NCBI GenBank assembly: GCA_965200745.1
Contig: CBDAUZ010000001.1
Coordinates: forward strand, 1,115,152-1,179,151
Reading direction: 5' to 3'
DNA length: 64,000 nucleotides
DNA from: Alphaproteobacteria bacterium
Lineage (GTDB): Bacteria > Pseudomonadota > Alphaproteobacteria > SP197
Below the pieces are notes generated by a model. That model made no database searches, was not told where the DNA came from, and saw only the letters and a program-made list of their open reading frames with translations. A program made the translations under genes and the position numbers. This document shows, piece after piece, positions 1-9,708 of this stretch. Every line of letters begins with the position of its first letter. The first letter of the stretch is position 1.

Positions 1-70
1 AACAAATCGCACCAATTGATCCGCCGGAAACAACAGCGACCGGGATGTGCAATCAAGCTTTCGAATGACC

Positions 71-125
71 GAGAGTCTTGCGTTGTTTGTAAGGCGGTGA
101 AAGACAACACGAAAGTGAGGGGATC
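71..125 (+). repeat. Solo copy of the left end of the IS at 34784-35917
   Basis: GAGAGTCTTGCGTTGTTTGTAAGGCGGTGAAAGACAACACGAAAGTGAGGGGATC matches 34784-34838 at 54/55 nt; no transposase follows this copy. Confidence 0.85.
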
Positions 126-397
126 GACTTGAGCATTATCATTTCCTGTATGGAAGATGTGCTCCGACATGTCGATGGCACAGTGGAAGGCACGTCGTTC
201 GTTCGATGGTGGTGCGTGCCAGTATGTTTATTCGCTACAAAGGTACTGGATTTCAGAAGCGTTTGAATTTGTTGCGTACAACTCGGCAGATGTTGGGCAT
301 CGCGTCGAGTCTTTGAAAATGAACGCGCGTGAAGGAACGCCAGGAACAGGCTGAGATACGCACCTCTTGTACTTCGGATCGATCATCGCTCGTAAGC

Positions 398-1525
398 CTA
401 TGACAATGCATCCGCGACCATCTTCTGGAAGAAATGTACGTGATGTTCGCTGAATTCAGGATGATCTCGATCCACGACGAAACGACCCTGATGGTAACCG
501 AGCGAATGTAGTCCGCGTTGGACCTCCTCACACAAGCCTGTGTCTTCAACGACCAGAACGTTCTTGATGTACTCCATGAACCGGTTCTCGAGATCACTCG
601 GTTCGCGTGAAGTGAAGTAGAAATCCCATCTCTCCCGTGTCAATTCGGGAGCGATTGGCAGCACCTGAAACATCGCAAGGTGCGAACTGCCGGGGTACAT
701 CAATGGAATGTGAACCGGCCATATGTATCCAAACAAGGCCTGTTGCTCGACATCCTCAATACTCAGATCGTACGCGCCGTTTGCCAGGTTCTTCCTCTGG
801 ATACGGTGACTGAATGTGATTCCGGAATCGGACCAATGCGCGCTGCCGTCATAGTCGACAAGTTCCAAGAGGGTCTTGTGATTTGCGTCGCAGTGATAAC
901 ATTCGTGATTGTTGTCGATCACGGTTTTCCAGTTGGCAGCGACGTCGATCTCCCAACGTCCGACCCGAATCAATGAATCGAACTGCGGGCAGCAATCGTA
1001 CATGTCGTTCAGCAACGCACCGGCCTGCGAGATCAAGGATGGTGCGTCCGGATCCATGTTGATGAACAGCAATCCACCGAATTCCTCAAGGCGGACGGGT
1101 TTGAGGTTCGCGTTGCCGGGGATCCAGTCCTGCAAGGCCTGCTGGCCGCGCGCCTGTCGAAATGTTCCGTCAGTCCCGTAGCACCACTGGTGATAGGGAC
1201 ACGTAATCAGTCGACGGTTTCCCGCGCCCTTGAGCAATCTGTGTGCGCGATGACTGCATATATTGTGAAATGCACGCAGGACTCCATCATGCCCGCGAAT
1301 GACGACGATGTTCTGATCAACGAATTCGCCAGTGATGTAATCACCGGGATTCCGGACGTCGCTGAGGTGTCCTATGTACCACCAGCTGCGATAGAAGATC
1401 GCATCATGCTCGCGTCTCCAGATTTCGGGTTCATAGTACCACGATGACGGCAGCGTCCACGAATTCTCAGCAAGTGGTGCAAGCACATGGTTCGAAACAT
1501 CATTCAAGGGTGGCGCAGACTTCAT
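398..1525 (-). CDS. Rieske non-heme iron oxygenase alpha subunit (choline/carnitine/betaine monooxygenase-like)
   Basis: Rieske motif CSHR...CPYH; mononuclear Fe motif NHECYHCDANH plus ED; start chosen at ATG 1525 (ORF extends to 1567). Confidence 0.9.
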   Translation of the reverse strand: MKSAPPLNDVSNHVLAPLAENSWTLPSSWYYEPEIWRREHDAIFYRSWWYIGHLSDVRNPGDYITGEFVDQNIVVIRGHDGVLRAFHNICSHRAHRLLKGAGNRRLITCPYHQWCYGTDGTFRQARGQQALQDWIPGNANLKPVRLEEFGGLLFINMDPDAPSLISQAGALLNDMYDCCPQFDSLIRVGRWEIDVAANWKTVIDNNHECYHCDANHKTLLELVDYDGSAHWSDSGITFSHRIQRKNLANGAYDLSIEDVEQQALFGYIWPVHIPLMYPGSSHLAMFQVLPIAPELTRERWDFYFTSREPSDLENRFMEYIKNVLVVEDTGLCEEVQRGLHSLGYHQGRFVVDRDHPEFSEHHVHFFQKMVADALS

Positions 1526-1655
1526 GGATGGACCCTGCCAGAAATTGAATTCAACCCACGATGACAATTCCGGAACAATGTCGTTGCCTGCAATACCGTC
1601 AAGGTTGTCCGGATTATCCGGTGTTCATATGCGATCATTGACTGTCGCGCAGGAC

Positions 1656-4070
1656 CTACATCCGCATTCTCTCACCTGAGGGATCAAAAAGTGGCTCCGT
1701 AATGAGACGTGCGTCTCTGAGTTCACCAAGAATCTCGATCTGAAATTCGGCATCCTGCGCGATCATCTCGACAGGTACGAAGCCGAGCGCGACCGATTTC
1801 TCAACATGATGCGCATAGCCTCCGGACGTTACGAAGCCGACCACGGATCCGTCCTTCCAGATCGGTTCGTCAGCAACAGTGTCCGCGTCCTTCGCGTCAA
1901 TGACAAATGTGCACAGTTTCCGTTGCGGTCCCTCCTCGCGTTGGCGCAACGCGGCGTCGCGTCCTACAAAACTGTTGCGCCTGTACGAAATGAAACGATC
2001 CAATCCGGTCTCTGCCGGCGTGTAATCGGGCCGGTATTCGCGCAACCAGGAACCGAATGATTTCTCCAATCGCAGACTCATCATCGCCCGCATCCCGAAC
2101 GGGCGCATGCCATACGGATCTCCCGCATCAGTGAGTGCCTGCAGCAGTGCCAGTTGTTCGTGTCGCGAGGTATAGATCTCGTATCCAAGATCGCCCGTGT
2201 AGCTGACCCGCAACACGATGGCGTCGACCAGACCGATGTTCATGCGCCGTACTGATCTGAACGGCATGGCATCATTGGTCACATCCGACTGGGTGGTTGC
2301 GGCAAGCACATCGCGTGCATGCGGCCCGGCAATCTGAAATCCGACCCTGTCACGGGAAATGTTACGGATTTTCACACCGGATTCCGGTAACTGATCCAGG
2401 AAACGCCGCATGTGATAGTCCTGTGACACGTAACTTGCATTTGCCTGAAACGTTTCGGGTCCGAGACGCGAGATAGTAAAGTCGCCGACGAGTCTGCCGT
2501 TGACGTTCAGCATCGGTGACAGGGTGAGGCGACCGTCTCGTGGTATCGGACCGGCCATGATCTGACTGAGCCACAGTTCGGCATCGGGACCCGTGATGAG
2601 AAACTTCGAAAAATTGTGAATCTCATTGATTCCGACAGCCGTGCGAACTGCCTGGCATTCTTCACCGGTTGGCGCGAATGCATTTGACCGGCGGAAGCTC
2701 GGCGTTTCAAAGAGTGGTTCATTTTCCGGCGCAAAATAGTTCACGTGTTCCATGCCGAAGGCACTGCCAAACACGGCTCTCCTGTCCTTCCAGGCGCGAT
2801 AGGCCGGAGTTGTGTGGAACGGTCGTCCTGCCGGCAATTCCTCATTGGGGTAGGTGATTGCAAAGCGTCGCTGATAGTTCTCGCGTGTCTTCGCCCTGGT
2901 AAAGGCCGGCGTGCAGTAGTCGCCGAACCGGGCCACATCCATCGCGAAGATATCGCGCGACGGTTCACCTTCCACCATCCATTCAGCGAGCGCGAGGCCG
3001 ACACCACCGGCCTGGCTGAAGCCCGCCATGACCGCACAGCATGCCCAGTATCCTCGTAAGCCGGGAATCGGTCCGACAAGAGGATTCCCGTCACCGGCAA
3101 ATGTGAACGGCCCGTTGATGACGCGTTTGATTCCGGCCTTTGCCAGAACAGGATAGCGGCGAAACGCAACATCAAGTTTGCCGGAAACACGATCAATCTT
3201 GTCTGGCAGAAGCTCGTGTCCGAAATCCCATGGCGTTCCTTCGACAGCCCAGTGTTCGCATTCCTGTTCGTACATCCCCAGAACCAGACCCTGTCCTTCC
3301 TGACGGAGGTAGCTTTCACCTGTCGGGTCCAGAACATGCGGCAGTTCGCCTTCGTATGCGATGACTTCCGGAATGTCGTCCGTGACCAGGTATTGATGTT
3401 CAAGGGGATGGAGCGGAAGGTAGACACCAGCCATCATGCCGACTTCCCGTGCCCAGAGGCCCGCGGCATTCACGACATATTCTGCGACGACTGTGCCGTG
3501 TTCGGTGACCACATCCCATTGGCCGTCCACACGTTGATTGAGTTCGCAAACGCGATTGTTGAGCCAGATTTCTGCTCCTGCCTTGCGCGCTGCCTGTGCG
3601 TAGGCATGCGTCGTGCCGGATGGGTCGAGATGACCATCGAGAGGATCATAGAGTGCACCCAATACACCGGTCGTATCGACAATCGGGCATCTGTCCCTGA
3701 TTTCATCGGGACCAATGATCTCCGTCTCCAATCCCATGTAGCGATGCTTGGCCCTCTCGGCCTTCAGAAAATCCAGGCGTTCGGGCGTATCCGCGATTGT
3801 CATGCCGCCGACATGATGCAATCCGCATGACTGGCCCGTTATGGCTTCGAGTTCCTTGTAGAGACGGATCGTATATCCCTGGAGCGCCGCCATGTTGGGA
3901 TCGGCATTCAGAGTGTGAAAACCACCTGCGGCGTGCCAGGTGGAACCGGAGGTGAGTTCCTTTCGCTCAATAAGGGCTACATCCGTCCAGCCGAATTTGG
4001 TCAGGTGATAGAGAACGCTGCAACCGACGACACCGCCGCCGATCACTGCCACGCGAACATGCGATTGCAC
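1656..4070 (-). CDS. GcvT-family FAD/THF oxidoreductase (dimethylglycine dehydrogenase-like)
   Basis: GGGVVG FAD motif, GSTWHAAG, C-terminal GcvT domain (RVSYTGDLGYEI, LRLEK). Confidence 0.93.
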   Translation of the reverse strand: MQSHVRVAVIGGGVVGCSVLYHLTKFGWTDVALIERKELTSGSTWHAAGGFHTLNADPNMAALQGYTIRLYKELEAITGQSCGLHHVGGMTIADTPERLDFLKAERAKHRYMGLETEIIGPDEIRDRCPIVDTTGVLGALYDPLDGHLDPSGTTHAYAQAARKAGAEIWLNNRVCELNQRVDGQWDVVTEHGTVVAEYVVNAAGLWAREVGMMAGVYLPLHPLEHQYLVTDDIPEVIAYEGELPHVLDPTGESYLRQEGQGLVLGMYEQECEHWAVEGTPWDFGHELLPDKIDRVSGKLDVAFRRYPVLAKAGIKRVINGPFTFAGDGNPLVGPIPGLRGYWACCAVMAGFSQAGGVGLALAEWMVEGEPSRDIFAMDVARFGDYCTPAFTRAKTRENYQRRFAITYPNEELPAGRPFHTTPAYRAWKDRRAVFGSAFGMEHVNYFAPENEPLFETPSFRRSNAFAPTGEECQAVRTAVGINEIHNFSKFLITGPDAELWLSQIMAGPIPRDGRLTLSPMLNVNGRLVGDFTISRLGPETFQANASYVSQDYHMRRFLDQLPESGVKIRNISRDRVGFQIAGPHARDVLAATTQSDVTNDAMPFRSVRRMNIGLVDAIVLRVSYTGDLGYEIYTSRHEQLALLQALTDAGDPYGMRPFGMRAMMSLRLEKSFGSWLREYRPDYTPAETGLDRFISYRRNSFVGRDAALRQREEGPQRKLCTFVIDAKDADTVADEPIWKDGSVVGFVTSGGYAHHVEKSVALGFVPVEMIAQDAEFQIEILGELRDARLITEPLFDPSGERMRM

Positions 4071-4080
4071 GGTCTGGCCT

Positions 4081-5382
4081 CTATCCGAGTACCGTAAACG
4101 TGCTGTTCTCGTTGATCTCGCGATTTCTCGAGAAGAACGAAAGGTCGATCGTGCGATCGATGTTCCGCAAGTGGAATGTCACCGGCTCTGTATCGTGATC
4201 CTGACCGCTTTCACACGCATCAATGATGGACGCCATGATCTCGCCGGCAATAGGGGCGTTCTTGAACTGATTTCCGCTTGTGCCGATCGCAAGGTAAAAA
4301 CCTCCCAAATCGGACTTGTCATAAATCGGGCCCCAGTCTTCGGTCACGTCGTAGAGATCGACTGCACCACGTGCACTCCCCGGAATGCCCAGATCCGGAA
4401 AACGCTGTGCCTGGCGCATGACCAGGGTGGTCCACATGCCCGTGAATTCCGTCAGATAATCGTCCGGATCAACCCATTCCTTATCGTCACACGCCGGGTC
4501 TTCGCTGCCGATGAGGATATGGTTTCCGGTTTCCGGACGGCAGTATGTGCCGATAGAACTGTCTGAAAAGACATGTGCCGTCGACGCGTCGTAGTCCGTT
4601 GGTGCGGGAACATGGGCGACCTCGTGACGCAGCGCACGCGTCGTGATCCGTGTCGTTCCGGTAAGGCCTGCCATATCGTTGATCTTGGACGAATGGGGAC
4701 CGGCGACATTGACGACAACAGGAGCATCGAGTTCGCGTCCGTCGGACAGGGTAATGCCAATGACGCGGTCATCGTCGCGTCGAATCTCGACAACGGTTGT
4801 GTTGAAGGCAAACTCTGCACCACGCAATTCTGCAGCACGCTGAACATTGTGGCCGGCGAGTTGCGGGTCGGAAATGTATCCACCGCGTGGAAACCAGACT
4901 GCGCCGCGAACTTCCGTGGCGTCTGAATTGCCGAACCCGGGATCATCGACTCGGCGCGGCTTGTCGTAGCTCGTGGTCGAAATTGCCGGCATGTGTTCCT
5001 TCATCTGTTCGGGATCAAGTTCCTCGAAGGGGCAGCCGATTTCTCGCATGACATCGAGAATATGCTCCAGAAAGTTGTTCTGGTTCGTCTTCATGATAAG
5101 ACAGCCGCAATTATTGTATCGCGCCATTCCGCGTTCATCCTGAACTCCGCAAAACGCCTCCCAGTCCTGCCAGTAGAAATGACTTTCATAGGCAACCGCG
5201 GAGCCGTGAACCGTCGAGTAATAAGGACGGATGATTGCGCAGGAATTCGCGGTTGAGCCGTAACTTGCGGCCGGGAGCCTGTCGACGCACAGGGTTCGAT
5301 ATCCCTTCGCCGCAAGTTCGCGTGCCGTGCTGGCGCCGATGATTCCAGCTCCTATGACGATGGCGTCCCAGTTCTCGTTCAT
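4081..5382 (-). CDS. FAD-dependent oxidoreductase, DAO/sarcosine oxidase beta-like
   Basis: GAGIIG FAD motif, VVNVAGPHS, GTSGNQFKNAP. Confidence 0.88.
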   Translation of the reverse strand: MNENWDAIVIGAGIIGASTARELAAKGYRTLCVDRLPAASYGSTANSCAIIRPYYSTVHGSAVAYESHFYWQDWEAFCGVQDERGMARYNNCGCLIMKTNQNNFLEHILDVMREIGCPFEELDPEQMKEHMPAISTTSYDKPRRVDDPGFGNSDATEVRGAVWFPRGGYISDPQLAGHNVQRAAELRGAEFAFNTTVVEIRRDDDRVIGITLSDGRELDAPVVVNVAGPHSSKINDMAGLTGTTRITTRALRHEVAHVPAPTDYDASTAHVFSDSSIGTYCRPETGNHILIGSEDPACDDKEWVDPDDYLTEFTGMWTTLVMRQAQRFPDLGIPGSARGAVDLYDVTEDWGPIYDKSDLGGFYLAIGTSGNQFKNAPIAGEIMASIIDACESGQDHDTEPVTFHLRNIDRTIDLSFFSRNREINENSTFTVLG

Positions 5383-5429
5383 TCTTTCTTTCTCGGGTTC
5401 AGGTGTTGGAGAGTGATCGGGTTCGTGGA

Positions 5430-6524
5430 TTATTCAGCCAGCCAGTCATTGAATCGCGCCCGTATCCTGTCATGCAGACGCGCGTGCCAGACGGTATCCT
5501 TGCGGATTGCAGTCCCGAAATTTCCCGGCCAGGTCGGCATGTGGTATCGCATGTCGATTCCGGCGGACTCATGCTCATCCACCAGCGGCAGCGCGGACAA
5601 GCGAGCGGGACTGTAGGAGATGTATCGCGTCTGTTCTGCCATGCGCTCCGGTGATGTCGCGAACCGTATGAACTTCATTGCGTCTTCCTGACGCCCGCTG
5701 TTCTTCACGATAGCCCAGGTACCGAATTCGTAGACCTGACCGTCCCAGATGATCTCGACCGGAAGTCCCTGAACTGTCGATGCGTCAAACAATCGTCCAT
5801 TGTAACTCGATGCAAATGCAACGTCGCCGGAAGAAAGCAACGCAACGGCGTCTTCCGGATCGGTCCACCAGACAATGTGATCCCGGATTGCATCAAGTTG
5901 ACGGAATGCCAACCGCAATCCCCGTTCCGTGCTCAGGAGGCTGTACAGATCCTGCCGAGGTACACCGTAGGCGTAAAGGGCCCATTCAAGATTGGTTTCA
6001 GGGTTCTTCTGAAGGGCGCGTTTTCCAGGAAAACGAACAATATCGAACAGGTCTGCAATCGCATCGGGACGATCTCCCTTGAACGTGTTCCTGTTGTATC
6101 CAATAACCGTCCCATACACGATTTGGACGACGCCACACGCAGCATCGACGTCGTCGACCAGATCATCACTGAACGGTGTACCCTCAGACGACGGCGGCAG
6201 TGTTGTGTGATCGATTCCTGTCAGCAGGTTCTGCTCACACGCGGCAGCGTTGTCCGCCATCGTCATGTCCATGACATCCCATTCTGCCACCTCCCTCTCT
6301 GCCTGCAGACGCAATTCGTCAAGGCCGCCGTCGTAGTGAACGATACGGACAGGGATACCCGTTGTCTCTGTGAACGGATCAAAGTAGGCCATGATCTGGC
6401 TTTCTTCGTAGACACCGCCCCAACTGACTATTGTCAGCGGTTCCATGTTGTCGTCGGCAACAGCGGGCGCTCCTGCGAGAACTGTCAACACGGTCAACGC
6501 CATCACATTCAGTCGATTTTTCAT
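5430..6524 (-). CDS. PotD/PotF-like extracellular solute-binding protein
   Basis: Signal peptide, SWGG motif, WDVMD, FPGKRAL, YNGR; start overlaps the ClC stop (ATGA). Confidence 0.88.
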   Translation of the reverse strand: MKNRLNVMALTVLTVLAGAPAVADDNMEPLTIVSWGGVYEESQIMAYFDPFTETTGIPVRIVHYDGGLDELRLQAEREVAEWDVMDMTMADNAAACEQNLLTGIDHTTLPPSSEGTPFSDDLVDDVDAACGVVQIVYGTVIGYNRNTFKGDRPDAIADLFDIVRFPGKRALQKNPETNLEWALYAYGVPRQDLYSLLSTERGLRLAFRQLDAIRDHIVWWTDPEDAVALLSSGDVAFASSYNGRLFDASTVQGLPVEIIWDGQVYEFGTWAIVKNSGRQEDAMKFIRFATSPERMAEQTRYISYSPARLSALPLVDEHESAGIDMRYHMPTWPGNFGTAIRKDTVWHARLHDRIRARFNDWLAE

Positions 6525-8260
6525 TCGCCGGAAGATTCCTCTTTTCGTATCTCCGAAACGAGATCAAGGTAGGCGCGAACGACAGCGGATTCCGGAACGA
6601 CCCCCAGCAGGTATTGGTCGTGCGAGGATCTGATGACCGGTATGTTTTCGTAGGAATACTCTCCGAGTTCTTCCATGGCAGTCCAGACCGATGTGTCCGC
6701 CGAGAAGACAAGCGGTACGCGTGTGGCGACATCGTATACAAGCTTTTCAGCAAACATACCGCGGCGTTCGGCCGCAACGATATCTGCGAGGCGCAATGTC
6801 CCGACGTAGTTCCCATTCTCGTCGATGACATGTCCTTCCTGATGACCGGAGTCCAGTATCCTTGCCTGTGCGACCCGCAGGGGGGAGTCAGGCATCAGTA
6901 CGACCCAGTCCGGCGTGACGTAATCGGCAATCCGACGGTTTTCGAGGAGAACCTTTTCACGGCCGTGCCTGAGATCGAAACCACGTTTCGACAGCTGAAT
7001 ATCGAACAGCGAGCGACCAAAGACCCGATAGGAAACCAGGTTGGAGAACACGACGCTTATCATGGCTGCCGTTGCAAGATCGTAGTTTCTTGTCAGTTCG
7101 AAGACGATCATGATCGTGGAAAGCGGTGCGCCGATGACGGCGCTCGAAACTGCAACCATGCCGCATACGGCATAAATCGCGATACTTGAACGCTGATCTC
7201 CAAGGGCGAACTCGGCGCCGCTCCCCACGAGTGCACCAAAGAGTATTCCTATGAGGAGTGCCGGACCGAAAACGCCACCGGCAAAACCGAACCCGATGCA
7301 CAATGCGGTTACCACAAGCTTGGCAACAAACAGCAGTGCCAACTCGGATGGTTCGAAGGCGCTTTCTATAACGGCAAACCGCAATGTTTCCTTACCAATA
7401 CCGAGAATGTCCGGCAGCCATATGGCAACCAGACCGATCACGGCCCCCGCTGCGGCGGGCTTGAGAAAATCAGGTAACGCTGTCCTGCTTGCGAACCAGG
7501 CCGACGCGAGAATTGCGCGCATATAGATAACTGCGACGATGGCACCGACAACACCGATCAGGATGAAAACGAGGTATTCGTGCGCAAACGGCGTCGGTAA
7601 CATCCCGATACCGAACAGTGGTTCCTGTTCAAAGATCACTGTTGCGTTGAGATAACCAACAGATGCCGCAACAGTGACAGGTGCGAAAGCACGCAACGAA
7701 TAGTGACGAAGAATGACCTCGTGCGCGAAAATGATCCCTGCAATAGGAGCATTGAATGCGGTGGAGATGGCAGCTGCAACACCGCAGGCAACCCCTACCT
7801 TGATCATCCAGCGATCACGCAGACCGATGCGACCCGTCAGGGATCCAAGCGTCGCGCCGAGGTGTACGAGTGGTCCGTATTGACCGACAGAAGCACCAGC
7901 ACCAAGCGAAACGATACTTGAGATGGCCGAAAGAAATCCGGACTTCGGGGGAATTTCACCCGACATACCTTGCACGGAACGAATGACATCGGCGGGCCCG
8001 TGCGCACGGCGTTCCGGAATCTGCTGATGCAGCAGGCCGACGATCAGACCGCCTACCGTTGGAACTGCAACAGTTGCAACGACAAGCCAGGCGACATCGC
8101 CAGCAAGAAATCTGCTGCGCGGAGAGATCCAGAATGTGTCATTGAGGAAGAATACGATTTCGACGAACCCGATCGCTGCGATCGAGGCGATTGCACCAGT
8201 GATCATTCCAAGGAACGTCACGGAGACGATTTGCATCGCGGTTGTCAGTTTCGATGACAT
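6521..8260 (-). CDS. ClC-family membrane protein with C-terminal CBS pair, atypical signature
   Basis: ASVGQYGP (GREGP equivalent), AFNAPIAG, GGVFGP, FELT, CBS domains. Confidence 0.88.
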   Translation of the reverse strand: MSSKLTTAMQIVSVTFLGMITGAIASIAAIGFVEIVFFLNDTFWISPRSRFLAGDVAWLVVATVAVPTVGGLIVGLLHQQIPERRAHGPADVIRSVQGMSGEIPPKSGFLSAISSIVSLGAGASVGQYGPLVHLGATLGSLTGRIGLRDRWMIKVGVACGVAAAISTAFNAPIAGIIFAHEVILRHYSLRAFAPVTVAASVGYLNATVIFEQEPLFGIGMLPTPFAHEYLVFILIGVVGAIVAVIYMRAILASAWFASRTALPDFLKPAAAGAVIGLVAIWLPDILGIGKETLRFAVIESAFEPSELALLFVAKLVVTALCIGFGFAGGVFGPALLIGILFGALVGSGAEFALGDQRSSIAIYAVCGMVAVSSAVIGAPLSTIMIVFELTRNYDLATAAMISVVFSNLVSYRVFGRSLFDIQLSKRGFDLRHGREKVLLENRRIADYVTPDWVVLMPDSPLRVAQARILDSGHQEGHVIDENGNYVGTLRLADIVAAERRGMFAEKLVYDVATRVPLVFSADTSVWTAMEELGEYSYENIPVIRSSHDQYLLGVVPESAVVRAYLDLVSEIRKEESSGE

Positions 8261-8825
8261 GGTCGCGATGTGCTATCGAAAACCGGTATGGACGACAACT
8301 TTACGAAAGCGTTCAGAGCAAGCTGATACCAAGCATGACGCCACAAAATCTTGGCACACGCGGAATTCAGCTGCAACGCGGACTTGATTCACCGTCCTGT
8401 ATGTCGCACGCGGTTGTTTGCTGCGGCTTTTGTGCAAGGGCATTGTCGAGGATTGACCAGGTCACAAGCATAAGCTGATGGGCTGGAAGTCGAACACACA
8501 TATTTTGCCATCAGAATCATCAAACTGATCATCAGGCAAGATGATGGCGTGTGGAATTCAAACTCGCTGAAGAAATCGGATCTACACCATGCTGACGAAG
8601 TCGCATCTTGAAGTCCGGGTTACGTGGATTCCAAAACCGACTCATGCGTGGATTTTCGCAAACAAGTTCAATCCTGAATACGTCACAGCGATAAGTCGTT
8701 GACGCGCTGCGGTGGTGTCAAATTCACACTTACCTGTTTCCAACTCAAGAACGTCTATTGAAATTCGGGGAAGTTTCATGAAACGCGTCGAGTACACTCC
8801 AACAACGACTCACCTGTCCGGTTTA

Positions 8826-9559
8826 AGATCCTGAATCATAAGTCTGTGTTTTACTAGTGAATATTGTCACGCGGTTGCTTCACGCGCCTGACAGGAAATC
8901 AACAGGCGGCCAATTGCGCCCAGGCCAAGGCATTGTCAGTGTGGCGCTCGTAATCCTTCGACAAGCGACGGCATCGGCCCATCCAGGCAAAGGTCCGCTC
9001 CACGACCCACTGGCGGGGCAACACCGTGAAGCCCTTGGTATCCTTCGGTTTTCCACAATCTCGAGGATGTCTGGCAAAACCTTTTCCCGGATCTCCTTTC
9101 GAAGTTTCGGCCCCGCACAGCCACCATCGGCATACAGTTTGGAGATCGTCGTCGCCGTCGCTAACAGCTGCATGACAACCTCGAGGGCACCGTTTCTGTC
9201 CTGGACGTCATCCGGGTGAACCATCATGACAATCGGTCTGCCTTGCGCGTCCACGGCAATGTGCCGCTTGCGGCCCTTGATCTTCTTCCCCGCGTCATAG
9301 CCCGCCACTGGCAGCCCGTGCTGAGGATGTACTGGATGGCACCGACCGCAGATCGGTCCTGCGCGGCCGACCCATCTTGCCCTGATTGGGCAGCAGCGTT
9401 TCGATGAAAGCCCATTCCGCGTCCGTGAGATTGTTTTGCTGATGGTCGTCGGATCGCTTACAACGCCTGTGAGTGGTCTCGGTCCCCTCCGGATTGGGGT
9501 TTTAGATCAATCTGGCTGACCGCATCTTGCGAGACTACTCGACATATGGATCAAACTCT
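8826..9559 (-). mobile_element. IS5-family (IS1031-like) element remnant; transposase frameshifted and internally deleted
   Basis: Fragments LTDAEWAFIETLLP...GRPRRTDLR, AIQYILSTGCQWR, GYDAGKKIKGRKRHIAVD, YADGG; imperfect terminal IRs 8826-8840 and 9545-9559 (10/15). Confidence 0.82.
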
Positions 9560-9708
9560 GACAGGTGCCGAGCGCTGCCGTGCGGTATTTGGAGCGGCCT
9601 GTTTCGAATTCTGGTTTCGCCGCCCGTGGCGCGGTTCGTGGACGGCTACCGCGGCCCACGCTTGCGTGTTGTGTGGTATATCGCCCCTGCCATGAAGGGA
9701 TGCCGCCC

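Noticed and set aside
8261-8825. Long intergenic region as possible riboswitch or sRNA
   Set aside because: No recognisable riboswitch motif or repeat seen by eye; an Rfam/Infernal scan would be needed.
9565-9708. N-terminal extension of the Type ISP ORF
   Set aside because: An RBS precedes ATG 9709 and family-like sequence starts there.
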